Source: Ignavibacteriales bacterium (GTDB lineage: Bacteria; Bacteroidota; Ignavibacteria; UBA10030). From it: a DNA stretch of 64,000 nt. The notes under the pieces are model-generated. The model worked only from the letters and a program-made list of their open reading frames with translations, was not told the DNA's origin and made no database searches. Below are positions 40,528 to 49,353 of the stretch, piece by piece. The number at the start of each line of letters is the position of its first letter. The stretch's first letter is position 1. Made by a program: the position numbers and the translations under genes. Where the stretch lies: assembly GCA_037446575.1 (NCBI GenBank), contig JBBIII010000003.1:87430-151429 (forward strand), given 5' to 3'.

Positions 40528-41451
40528 TTACAAACTAATGCGCTTTATGTTAAGATTTTCTAAATCCATCCTTCCAACTTTTTGTTCCGACGCAAGTTGG
40601 ATATAACGCACTTCGGTAGGATTCATACCAAATAATTTAGTCGCCGCCGTATCGATGGCGACCATATCGGTAGAAATTAAAAGAGATTTCATTACTACAA
40701 CATCATCTTTAGAAACTCCGCGAGGTCCGTTTTGCTTCATCACATAATAAGCGTCAACAATATTTAAATTTGGCTTACGATATGTTGCATAATCTGCTAT
40801 ACATTGGTGCAAATCGTTTCTATGCCAATATCCTCTATCCCATACAATACCCATTAAATTCTTCATTGCAATAGTAAGTCTTGTTCCGCCATGATGTTTA
40901 AGTATTGGCACATTTATAAAAACATCAGAATTTAATATAAGTTCATGTTCTTTAGCTTTTATTAAGCTTTTTCCATTAGGAATCTTTACATCGCGGTAAT
41001 ATTTTTCAGAGTTGCCGGGCGACATTTTTCCACCGACCTTTTTAACACCCGATTCAATTCCGCTATTCTTATAACATCTCTGCCAGTTATCGCAGGTATG
41101 ATCAAAAACATAAACATCACTTGCTCCAGCGCTAATACATTGCTGAACAATTTCTGAAACTAATATTGGATTAGTATTGGCGGCTCTTTCAGGCGTAACA
41201 TCCCATCCAATATTTGGCTTAACTACAACTTTCTGTCCTTTCTTAATAAATTTGCTTATTCCGCCTAAAGCATCAATACCTTTTCGGAACATAACATCTG
41301 GCTCTCCCCCTTTAACAGCAACTAAATCAAAAGGTAATATGCCATCAATATTGTAATTAACATTAAATAATTCATTAAATTTTTCGTTAAATAAAGCGCC
41401 CGCAAATACCGACGCACCGATGCTTTTTTTAAAAAAAGTTCTACGATCCAT
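40528..41451 (-). CDS. TAT-signal protein, DUF362-like
   Basis: Twin-arginine leader MDRRTFFKKSIGASVFAGA. The VVVKPN motif and ~300 aa size match my memory of the DUF362 family. Confidence 0.45.
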   Translation of the reverse strand: MDRRTFFKKSIGASVFAGALFNEKFNELFNVNYNIDGILPFDLVAVKGGEPDVMFRKGIDALGGISKFIKKGQKVVVKPNIGWDVTPERAANTNPILVSEIVQQCISAGASDVYVFDHTCDNWQRCYKNSGIESGVKKVGGKMSPGNSEKYYRDVKIPNGKSLIKAKEHELILNSDVFINVPILKHHGGTRLTIAMKNLMGIVWDRGYWHRNDLHQCIADYATYRKPNLNIVDAYYVMKQNGPRGVSKDDVVVMKSLLISTDMVAIDTAATKLFGMNPTEVRYIQLASEQKVGRMDLENLNIKRISL

Positions 41452-41476
41452 AAATCCTCAGCATATTAAAGCTAAA

Positions 41477-42028
41477 TTACTTTTTAGAAAAAGATTGTTT
41501 ATACTTATAAATAATAGTTGTCGCGGCAAATATTTTCAATATATCCCACAACGTAAAAATTAAAAACCCGGCTTGAATCGCTTTTTTCCAATCTTGGAAA
41601 TAAACAAGATACAAATGCGCTGTACCAAAAATATAAATCAGTATTGAGCCAAGCGCCATTGATAATAATAACCACCAATAACCAGTGTAACGATTAACTA
41701 AATAACCTACTAAAAAAGCAGCAATGGGAAAAGATAATAAATATCCCCCTGTTGGTCCTAATATCTTCCATAAACCAAACGTACCGCCAGCAAACACAGG
41801 TAAGCCGATTAACCCGAGCATTAAATAAAAGCCCATACTAAAAAATCCGAGTTTATACCCTAAGAAAGCACCTGTTAATAGAACAAAAAAGGTTTGTAGA
41901 GTAAATGGAACAGGATACATAGGAATTTCAATTTGAGCGCTTATAGCCGTAATAATTGTAAAAGAGCTAACCCAAAATAGATTTGTAATAATTTGATTAT
42001 TTGATATTGTAAGTCCCTTAGGTAACAT
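41477..42028 (-). CDS. bioY: biotin transporter BioY
   Basis: 183 aa. Five or six TM helices. PFTLQTFFVLLTGAFLG is the BioY core. Confidence 0.75.
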   Translation of the reverse strand: MLPKGLTISNNQIITNLFWVSSFTIITAISAQIEIPMYPVPFTLQTFFVLLTGAFLGYKLGFFSMGFYLMLGLIGLPVFAGGTFGLWKILGPTGGYLLSFPIAAFLVGYLVNRYTGYWWLLLSMALGSILIYIFGTAHLYLVYFQDWKKAIQAGFLIFTLWDILKIFAATTIIYKYKQSFSKK

Positions 42029-42124
42029 AATTTATTCCTATCTATTTAATCATTAATTCTTCATTTCTTGTCAAATTAGAAAAATGAATCAAGAAAATCA
42101 AACTTATTGATTAAGTTTTAATGT

Positions 42125-42185
42125 TTGACTTAAAGGCGTTTTTTCGATATATTTTTACACCAACTCATACGGAGTTGGTTTTTTT
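42125..42185 (+). promoter_or_regulatory. near-consensus sigma70-like promoter followed immediately by a hairpin and T-run
   Basis: TTGACT (42125-30), 17 nt, TATATT (42148-53). Then CCAACUC-auacg-GAGUUGG (42160-78) and seven T (42179-85). Confidence 0.3.
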
Positions 42186-42208
42186 GTGTAAATGAAAACA
42201 TATTATTT

Positions 42209-42280
42209 TGGGGTGTAGCCAAGTGGTAAGGCATCGGCCTTTGGAGCCGACATTCCCAGGTTCGAATCCTGGCACCCCAG
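42209..42280 (+). tRNA. tRNA-Gln (anticodon UUG)
   Basis: Acceptor stem UGGGGUG/CACCCCA with U1-A72. Anticodon stem UCGGC/GCCGA with loop CUUUGGA. T-arm CCAGG-UUCGAAU-CCUGG. Discriminator G. Confidence 0.8.
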
Positions 42281-42338
42281 CAATTGTCACTAAATAAAGC
42301 AAACAAAGTTATGCAAGTGATTATTTAAAGAAAAAAAA

Positions 42339-43295
42339 ATGAGTGATCTAAAAATTTTTTCGGGTAGGTCGAATCGTCAATTAGCCGAGCGTATTAGCAA
42401 TGAAGCAAAAATATCGCTCGGGCGAGCCAACATTCAGACTTTTAGCGATGGTGAAATATGGGTCAAATTTATTGAAAATATACGAGGCGATGATGTCTTC
42501 ATTATTCAATCGACTCAACCGCCTGCAGAAAATTTAATGGAATTGTTGATAATGCTCGATGCGGCAAAGCGCGCATCAGCTAAAAGAGTAACTGCAGTAA
42601 TTCCTTATTTCGGATATGCACGACAAGATCGAAAAGATCAGCCCAGAGTATCGATAACAGCGAAGCTTGTAGCTAATTTGATTACAGAAGCAGGCGCTGA
42701 TCGAGTGATAACAATGGATTTGCATACTGCGCAAATTCAAGGGTTTTTTGATATTCCGATGGATCATTTATATTCGTCAAAAGTATTTATCGATTGTTTC
42801 AATAACATGGATATCTCAGATTTAGTTGTTGCATCGCCAGATGTGGGCAGTATTAAGATGGCTCGTTCTTACGCAAAACGTCTTGGATGCGATTTAATAT
42901 TAATAGATAAACGGCGTCCGAAACAAAATGAAACTGAAATTATGAATATAATAGGTAACGTCAGCGGAAAAAATGTATTAATAGTAGATGATCTAATTGA
43001 TACAGCAGGTACTTTTGTCGGCGCTGCGCAAGCTTTACGAGATAACGGAGCAAAAGAAATATTCGGGGCATGCACACACCCGATTTTATCTGGTTCCGCA
43101 TATGAGAGAATCGAAAATTCTATTGTTAAAGAAATTGTGGTAACCGATACGATCCCATTAAAAAAAGAATGTAAAAAAATTGAAATAAGAAGCACTGCAA
43201 AGATTTTTGCCGAAGCGATACATCGTACACATCGGAACGAATCCATCAGCTCGCTTTTTGATATAGATAAAGATAAGATTAACGAGGAGATATAA
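42339..43295 (+). CDS. prs: ribose-phosphate pyrophosphokinase
   Basis: PRPP-binding loop (VLIVDDLIDTAGT) and the flag region. 318 aa. Confidence 0.9.
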   Translation: MSDLKIFSGRSNRQLAERISNEAKISLGRANIQTFSDGEIWVKFIENIRGDDVFIIQSTQPPAENLMELLIMLDAAKRASAKRVTAVIPYFGYARQDRKDQPRVSITAKLVANLITEAGADRVITMDLHTAQIQGFFDIPMDHLYSSKVFIDCFNNMDISDLVVASPDVGSIKMARSYAKRLGCDLILIDKRRPKQNETEIMNIIGNVSGKNVLIVDDLIDTAGTFVGAAQALRDNGAKEIFGACTHPILSGSAYERIENSIVKEIVVTDTIPLKKECKKIEIRSTAKIFAEAIHRTHRNESISSLFDIDKDKINEEI

Positions 43296-43296
43296 G

Positions 43297-43989
43297 ATGT
43301 CTGAAATAACTATTAACGCTGAAATTAGAAATGAAACTGGCAAACAAACAAAAGCCTTGCGCAGAAATGGTAAAGTGCCTGGAATATATTATGGGCATAA
43401 GCAAAAAAATATTATGATTTCTATGCCTGAGCTTTTACTAAAACCATTATACACAACTTCAGCGGCTCACTTAATAAACTTAAAACTAAATGATGGCGCT
43501 TCATATATGTGTGTGCTTAGAGATGTGCAACTTGATCCGATTACAGAAAGTCCTGTTCACTTCGATTTGTACGGTCTGAACGAAAACGAAGTTTTAACAA
43601 TTGACGTTCCTATAAAACTAATCGGCGGCACACCAAAAGGCGTCCGTGAAGGAGGAATTCTACAGCATGTACTTCATAAATTGAAGATTTCATGTTTGCC
43701 AAAGAACCTGCCGGACCATTTAGAAATTAATGTCGAGAATTTAGAAATAAATCGCTCTATACACGTTAAAGATATAACTATTCCAGATGTAAAGATTTTA
43801 GAAAGTGAAACAAGCACAATTGTAGCTGTAATTCCACCTGTTGTTGTAAAAGAAGCTGAAGCCGCCGCCGCGGTTACGCCTACTGCGGAAACTCTTGCAG
43901 AGCCCGAAGTAATTTCTAAAGGTAAAAAAGCCGAAGAAGGCGCTGAAGAATCGGCAGAGACAAAGAAGACAGACGAAAAAAAGAAATAA
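43297..43989 (+). CDS. rplY: 50S ribosomal protein L25 / general stress protein Ctc
   Basis: MSEITINAEIRNETGKQTKALRRNGKVPGIYYG. Long-form Ctc with an A/E/K-rich C-terminal extension. Confidence 0.85.
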   Translation: MSEITINAEIRNETGKQTKALRRNGKVPGIYYGHKQKNIMISMPELLLKPLYTTSAAHLINLKLNDGASYMCVLRDVQLDPITESPVHFDLYGLNENEVLTIDVPIKLIGGTPKGVREGGILQHVLHKLKISCLPKNLPDHLEINVENLEINRSIHVKDITIPDVKILESETSTIVAVIPPVVVKEAEAAAAVTPTAETLAEPEVISKGKKAEEGAEESAETKKTDEKKK

Positions 43990-44012
43990 TAATAAACTTT
44001 GCTTAACATTTA

Positions 44013-44606
44013 ATGCATGTAATTGTTGGACTTGGAAATCCTGGAAACTTATACAGAGATAATCGACATAATATAGGATTCCTTGTTCTTGATGAATTAG
44101 CAAATTATTTTAACATAGTTTTTAAACCTGGCAAAGGTAATTATTGGTTGACACACTGTTCTTTGAATGAAAATGAAGCGATACTTTTGAAACCTACAAC
44201 TTATATAAATGAAAGCGGCATTGCTGTATTCGAATATATCGAACAAAACAATATTCCAATTGAAAAAATTCTTGTTGTTTGCGATGATTTTCAGTTACCC
44301 TTAGGAAAAATTCGGATTCGCCGCAACGGTTCTGATGGAGGCCACAACGGTTTAGCTTCTATTATTTATCATTTACAAACAGAAGAAATTCCAAGGTTGC
44401 GCTGTGGAATAGCATCTCAGAAGATGCCGACAGAAAAAAGCCGGCTGAAGGATTTTGTTTTAGAAAATTTTGAAAATTTAGAAATACCGATGCTTAAGCG
44501 AATGATATTACGAGCAAGAGATGCCTGCATAACAAGTTTAAAAGATGGTATTGAATCAGCAATGAATCGATTTAATACTGATCCTGAAGAAAATTTTATT
44601 AATTAA
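44013..44606 (+). CDS. pth: peptidyl-tRNA hydrolase
   Basis: VIVGLGNPGNLYRDNRHNIGF plus the catalytic His and the GGHNG motif. Confidence 0.9.
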   Translation: MHVIVGLGNPGNLYRDNRHNIGFLVLDELANYFNIVFKPGKGNYWLTHCSLNENEAILLKPTTYINESGIAVFEYIEQNNIPIEKILVVCDDFQLPLGKIRIRRNGSDGGHNGLASIIYHLQTEEIPRLRCGIASQKMPTEKSRLKDFVLENFENLEIPMLKRMILRARDACITSLKDGIESAMNRFNTDPEENFIN

Positions 44607-44610
44607 CCCT

Positions 44611-44640
44611 GCCCGTTAATTTGAAACGGGCCATTATTTA
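44611..44640 (+). other. stem-loop between pth and rpsF (weak terminator/attenuator candidate)
   Basis: GCCCGTT-aatttga-AACGGGC (7 bp stem) followed by cattattta, a weak U-tract. Confidence 0.3.
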
Positions 44641-44663
44641 ACTAAAGTCCAAAGGGAAAATAT

Positions 44664-45104
44664 ATGTCAAAAAACCAAAAATTCTACGAGGTTACGTTTA
44701 TAATAAATGCCAATTTAGAAGATACTCAAATCGACGCTATTATTGAAAAAGTGAAAGAAATCATCACAAAGAATAACGGCGAGATAAGTGAATTAACCAA
44801 ATGGGGGCGCAAACGATTTGCTTATCCAATTAAAAAGAAAAATAACGGTTTCTATGTTTTATGCTTGATAAAATGCTCAGGTGAACTTATTTCAAAATTA
44901 GAACGAGCATTTGTGCTGGAAGATAATATCATTCGGTTTTTAATGATCGCATTGGATAAAAAATCTCTTCAAACACGTATTTCTGGCAATGATCTGCTAA
45001 AACAAACAGCCGCTCCAACAACAAGCGGTTCACCGTTATTAACAGATATATCTGATAATGATTCTCTTGAACCAATCAAATCGCCAACTCAAAGTGAATT
45101 CTAA
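44664..45104 (+). CDS. rpsF: 30S ribosomal protein S6
   Basis: YEVTFIINANLEDTQIDAIIEKVKEII...WGRKRFAYPI. C-terminal extension present. Confidence 0.9.
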   Translation: MSKNQKFYEVTFIINANLEDTQIDAIIEKVKEIITKNNGEISELTKWGRKRFAYPIKKKNNGFYVLCLIKCSGELISKLERAFVLEDNIIRFLMIALDKKSLQTRISGNDLLKQTAAPTTSGSPLLTDISDNDSLEPIKSPTQSEF

Positions 45105-45122
45105 AAAGTGGAAGGAATAAAA

Positions 45123-45446
45123 ATGATACAGCAAAAAAAATATAATCCAAAGTATAAACAAACAGGCAGTACAAATCGTAGAGATACATCTGGACCGGCT
45201 CAGCGTTCAGCAAACAAACAACAATTACAGCGTAAAAAACGTTCTTGCAGATTTTGTGATTCAAAAGAAATCTATATCGATTATAAAAATGAGAAACGGC
45301 TTCAACGTTGCGTATCTGAACAAGGTAGGATTATACCCCGCCGAATAACAGGCACCTGCGCGCGTCATCAACGACAACTTGTTACTGCAATAAAAAGAGC
45401 GCGCCATTTGGCATTATTGTCGTTTGTGAACGACGCCGTGAGCTAA
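45123..45446 (+). CDS. rpsR: 30S ribosomal protein S18
   Basis: [69 protein letters not shown] Shine-Dalgarno precedes ATG 45123, so the track GTG at 45108 lies within the RBS. Confidence 0.85.
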   Translation: MIQQKKYNPKYKQTGSTNRRDTSGPAQRSANKQQLQRKKRSCRFCDSKEIYIDYKNEKRLQRCVSEQGRIIPRRITGTCARHQRQLVTAIKRARHLALLSFVNDAVS

Positions 45447-45483
45447 ACAAATTAGAATGTGATATTGAATAAAGGAAAAGCTT

Positions 45484-45927
45484 ATGAAATTAATTTTAAG
45501 GAAAGATTTTGAAAAACTTGGCAAGACGGGCGACATTGTTGCAGCAAAAGACGGATATGCTCGCAATTACCTTATTCCAAGAGGAATTGCTTATGAAGCA
45601 ACTGAAGGATTCTTAAGACAACTTGAAGAAGAAAGAAAACAACATCAAAAACATTTGGAAAGAGAACGCAAACAAGCAGAAAAGCTTGCTGAGAAATTAG
45701 AAAAGACTTCTATAACAATAAAAATGAAAGTGGGCGAAGAAGATAAGCTTTTTGGTTCTGTTACATCACAAATGATTGCTGATTCGCTTGCTGAAAAGGA
45801 ATTTACTATCGACAAAAGGCACATTGAATTAGAAGAACCATTAAAAATGCTTGGTATTTATGATATTCCAATTAAACTGGCGGGGGGCATAACGGCTAAA
45901 CTTAAAGTATGGATAGTTAGAGAATAA
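45484..45927 (+). CDS. rplI: 50S ribosomal protein L9
   Basis: [40 protein letters not shown]. Confidence 0.9.
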   Translation: MKLILRKDFEKLGKTGDIVAAKDGYARNYLIPRGIAYEATEGFLRQLEEERKQHQKHLERERKQAEKLAEKLEKTSITIKMKVGEEDKLFGSVTSQMIADSLAEKEFTIDKRHIELEEPLKMLGIYDIPIKLAGGITAKLKVWIVRE

Positions 45928-45940
45928 ACTCAAATCAATT

Positions 45941-45973
45941 AAAAAAGGCGACTAAAAGTCGCCTTTTTTTTCT
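45941..45973 (+). terminator. rho-independent terminator of the rpsF-rpsR-rplI operon
   Basis: AAAAAAGGCGACUaaaaAGUCGCCUUUUUUUU. Perfect 7 bp stem, 4 nt loop, eight U. Confidence 0.7.
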
Positions 45974-45977
45974 CACA

Positions 45978-46132
45978 AACACCACTGCAATTTTAGGCAA
46001 CGATTTAAGTACGCTCCCTGATTATCCGGCAGAAATCCGTGCGCCACAAGGCACGACATCGGGTGTAAGCGGATTTCAAATTCATTTTGGAAGCACAGAA
46101 ATCAATACGCCTTGCGATAGGGAGTTTCGTTT
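45978..46132 (+). pseudogene. fragment of a 2-oxoacid:ferredoxin oxidoreductase alpha subunit (KorA-like gamma-domain motif), no start codon
   Basis: The frame with codon starts at positions divisible by 3 reads [43 protein letters not shown]. This matches the conserved [23 protein letters not shown] motif of large-type KorA/OFOR alpha subunits. It runs into the terminator and has no initiation codon. Confidence 0.45.
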
Positions 46133-46555
46133 GTGGAAATTTACCAAAACTGCAATGTTTTCAACGATGGGGCTTTTTCTCAGTTTACAGAAAAAGAAAT
46201 AAAAGACAACAACTTAATTTTTATTGAACACGGAAAACCATTAATCTTCGGAAAAGAAAAAGATAAAGGGATTAAACTAAACGGTTTTACTCCAGAAATT
46301 GTTTTCTTAAAAGATGGAAAATATTCGGTGAATGATCTTCTTGTGCATGACAAGACAGACACTACTCTATCGTTTATACTTTCTGATATGACATACAATT
46401 CTCGCCATCCACGCCCTGTTGGAGTTTTTTTGGCGATCTCTAAACCGACGTACGAAGAAGAAATGAAGCATCAGATTAATTTTTCTATTGAAAAAAGAGG
46501 AAAGGGAGACGTGCAAAAACTTTTTAATTCTGGTGATACTTGGACAATTCAATAA
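46133..46555 (+). pseudogene. C-terminal fragment of a 2-oxoacid:ferredoxin oxidoreductase beta subunit (KorB-like), lacking the TPP-binding domain
   Basis: GTG-initiated 140 aa [16 protein letters not shown]...LVHDKTDTTLSFILS...PRPVGVF...SKPTYEEE resembles the last ~140 aa of actinobacterial-type KorB. The ~200 aa N-terminal catalytic part is absent. Confidence 0.45.
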
Positions 46556-46637
46556 TTATTTAATATCTTGGATTAAGCGGGTGTGATAGAAAAATAAATC
46601 GCGCCTTTTTTTATATAACAAAGTTTAAAGGTATAAA

Positions 46638-47624
46638 TTGGCGCTCCAATTCGAGACATTTAAAACCGTAATTGAAGCAAATCTGCGTTTTATTCTCACA
46701 ACACATATCAGTCCCGATGGCGATGGTTTAGGCGCAGAAGTTGCTTTTGCGCATTATTTAAACAAAATCGGAAAGCAAGTAATAATACTAAATAACGATC
46801 CAACTCCTTCCAATTATCAATTCTTAAATGACATCTATCCTATCAATCAATTTGATTTTTCAGAGCACGCATCCTTAATTGAAGATGCAGAAGTTATAGT
46901 TGTTTTAGATGCAAACAGTTTGCAAAGATTAGGATTTATGAAAGCTTCAATCTTTGCAAGTCAAGCTGTTAAAGTATGTATAGATCATCATCCGGAGCCG
47001 GAACAATTTGCAGATATCAATATGATAGATGAAACCACAACGGCAACTGCTGAAATTTTATATCATCTAATAAATTATCTTTCGGGACGCGTAATAGATA
47101 AGGAAATTGCAATTGCTTTATATACGGCAATAATGACAGATACGGGCTCATTTCGTTATCCAAAAACTGACCCTGAGGCACATAAAATTACGGCTCATTT
47201 AATTCAAATGGGCGCCGACCCTGTGACAATTTATGAGCAGGTCTACGAGCAAGGAAATATAAATCGCCTGCAACTACTGGGCTTAGCCCTTTCGCATATT
47301 AAACTTGTTTATGATGGAAAGCTTTCTTATATGACGATAACGAAAGAAATGTTTTTAAATACTGAAACTACCGATGCAGATACCGAGAATTTCGTTACAT
47401 ATACTCTTTCTATTAGCGGTGTTCAGATTGGGATAATGTTCACCGAATTAGATGGTTTAATAAAAATAAATTTACGTTCTAAAGGAGATATTTGGGTAAA
47501 TGAACTTGCTAAAGAATTTGGGGGGAATGGCCATAAAAATGCCGCTGGCATTAGACTCCCTCACGCTAAATTAAGTGAGACGATAGAGCAAATTCTTGAG
47601 CATGCAAGCGCTTATATTACTTAG
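46638..47624 (+). CDS. nrnA: DHH-family bifunctional oligoribonuclease / pAp phosphatase NrnA
   Basis: DHH motif (ILTTHISPDGDGLGAEVA) and DHHA1 GGGH motif (GGNGHKNAAG). TTG start with an AAAGG Shine-Dalgarno. Confidence 0.8.
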   Translation: MALQFETFKTVIEANLRFILTTHISPDGDGLGAEVAFAHYLNKIGKQVIILNNDPTPSNYQFLNDIYPINQFDFSEHASLIEDAEVIVVLDANSLQRLGFMKASIFASQAVKVCIDHHPEPEQFADINMIDETTTATAEILYHLINYLSGRVIDKEIAIALYTAIMTDTGSFRYPKTDPEAHKITAHLIQMGADPVTIYEQVYEQGNINRLQLLGLALSHIKLVYDGKLSYMTITKEMFLNTETTDADTENFVTYTLSISGVQIGIMFTELDGLIKINLRSKGDIWVNELAKEFGGNGHKNAAGIRLPHAKLSETIEQILEHASAYIT

Positions 47625-47696
47625 AATAAGACTAAATCTGCAAAAAAAAAGCCCCGCTATCGCAAGGCTTTTTATTAACGGACATTTTACATTTAT

Positions 47697-48743
47697 CTAT
47701 TCATACCAATCGAGTATTCTATAAAAACTAAGATTTGGTACTCTACGCGCTTTTTGTATAGCGGCGCTACTATATTTGATATCTGCTTCACCATTTATTT
47801 TCACATCTACAGTATTATTTATATTTCCAGCTATTATAAGTCCCCCAATAATATTAGCTTGCCCCGTTGTTTGAAAATCTAATTTTGTATCAACACCATA
47901 TACTATTACTAGTCCACGCCAATCGAATTGTCCTGTAAACTTTACTGTGCCTCCGCCATAAATTACTAATATGCCATAACCTGTAACTTTTGGCATATTT
48001 ACTCCATACGTTGTGTCACCCATAGGATTACAAGTAACAATAGTCGGTTCAGTTGCAGTACCAAATGTAATGTTATTAGGGGGTTGATTATTTTTATCGT
48101 AAGAAAATGAAGCCGCTTTTATATATTCATTTAGATAATCTTGAGGATCTTCTTGATTCGGATTTATTTTAATTATAGGATTACCCTCGATTCCGCTTAG
48201 ACTATTTCTTTGATTAGCAATTTTTATTGAATCATTAGTATTCTTGACTGTAAAGCCGGGGACATCGCCGCTGCCGACCCGTGTAGAACCATCTTCTGTA
48301 TAATTACGCCCATCAACTTTTAGTTTTTTATTGCCCGGTTGAAAATCTCCAATATTTGTATTAATTCCCACTGCTCCTGCCGCTTCTGGTATTGGTCTTG
48401 GCGTCCACAATAATTTTACGTTCATCGTATAAGTAGTATCCTGATATCTACCCCTTGAAATAATAGTTAACGTGTCAGCCACGCTTGATGTATCAACGCG
48501 GTAACTTCCATCGTTAAAATTGCATACTAATGCATTGTAACTAGGATTGCGTACAATACCATCACTTGCAATAAATCTGAGTACTCTATTTATACCCATT
48601 CGTGCAAGATTTCTTGCGTTAGAATATTGAAAATAAGTTGAATGTGTTTCTACCAACAAATTAGAATATGTATGTATGCTATTGCCTATATAACCGAATG
48701 CAACAGCCAAAGCTAAAACAAGCAACAACGCTGAACGTCCCAT
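47697..48743 (-). CDS. pseudopilin-like protein, PilX/GspK-like (cassette B, gene 3)
   Basis: 348 aa. MG|RSALLLVLALAVAFGYIG signal-anchor, then the helix YSNARNLARMGINRVL (compare PilX/GspK A-x3-A-x-G-L). Gly-rich beta repeats and a terminal FYRILDWYE. Paralog of 50346..51632. Confidence 0.4.
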   Translation of the reverse strand: MGRSALLLVLALAVAFGYIGNSIHTYSNLLVETHSTYFQYSNARNLARMGINRVLRFIASDGIVRNPSYNALVCNFNDGSYRVDTSSVADTLTIISRGRYQDTTYTMNVKLLWTPRPIPEAAGAVGINTNIGDFQPGNKKLKVDGRNYTEDGSTRVGSGDVPGFTVKNTNDSIKIANQRNSLSGIEGNPIIKINPNQEDPQDYLNEYIKAASFSYDKNNQPPNNITFGTATEPTIVTCNPMGDTTYGVNMPKVTGYGILVIYGGGTVKFTGQFDWRGLVIVYGVDTKLDFQTTGQANIIGGLIIAGNINNTVDVKINGEADIKYSSAAIQKARRVPNLSFYRILDWYE

Positions 48744-48754
48744 AATAATACCTT

Positions 48755-49345
48755 TTAATTAGTACGCCATAAATTTCGTGGAATTAATAATTTTTGCCAA
48801 CCGATTGCAGAATACGTCGTGTCAATTAATGAAATTACCGGCTCTGGCCCCATAGTGCTAAATCTTACAAAAACAGACCTTATTTTATCTAATGAATCGT
48901 CAGGCGTCAGTATCTCTGCATTATTAATGTTATAATATTGCATTCTAAAGGATGTTAATCCGTAATTTAATCTTTGTGGAGGGTCATTATCATATCTTCT
49001 ATAAATTGGAAAATCATTTGGATTCGGAGTATTAACAGATTCTATTGCTCTACCGATATAGTATCTCACTACGGGAGTATCTATTTTATTGTTATTAATA
49101 TACCCTACTCTAAATCGGATACTATCCTTGTCAGCAAAGAAAATCGTTTGCCCACGCACTCTATAGCCCATTTTCAAAAAATCATTTTCGATCTGTCGAG
49201 CGAGTTCCACTGCATTGCGCTGAGTTATTACTGTGTAAGTATTCTGGTATTGTGTACTGCTCATTGTAACATGCACGCGTGCAATTGTTAATGCAAGAAT
49301 CCCAAAAATAATTCCTGCCATGATATAATCAAAAATTACATTCAT
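48755..49345 (-). CDS. pseudopilin-like protein, PilW/GspJ-like (cassette B, gene 2)
   Basis: 196 aa. Hydrophobic N-terminus VIFDYIMAGIIFGILALTIA, then ELARQIENDFLKMGYRVRG (compare PilW ENGRFAL..L...L.kAGYR). YYIG and YGLTSFR motifs are shared with 51656..52285. Confidence 0.45.
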   Translation of the reverse strand: MNVIFDYIMAGIIFGILALTIARVHVTMSSTQYQNTYTVITQRNAVELARQIENDFLKMGYRVRGQTIFFADKDSIRFRVGYINNNKIDTPVVRYYIGRAIESVNTPNPNDFPIYRRYDNDPPQRLNYGLTSFRMQYYNINNAEILTPDDSLDKIRSVFVRFSTMGPEPVISLIDTTYSAIGWQKLLIPRNLWRTN

Positions 49346-49353
49346 ACTAATCT

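Noticed and set aside
46180-46552. Minus-strand ORFs 46180..46398 and 46367..46552
   Set aside because: They are antisense to the korB-like fragment and have no recognisable motifs.
47625-47696. Possible bidirectional terminator between convergent nrnA and the 348 aa pilin-like gene (AAAGCC-N12-GGCTTT)
   Set aside because: It has a 6 bp stem with a 12 nt loop and no strong T-run, which is too weak to list as a feature.
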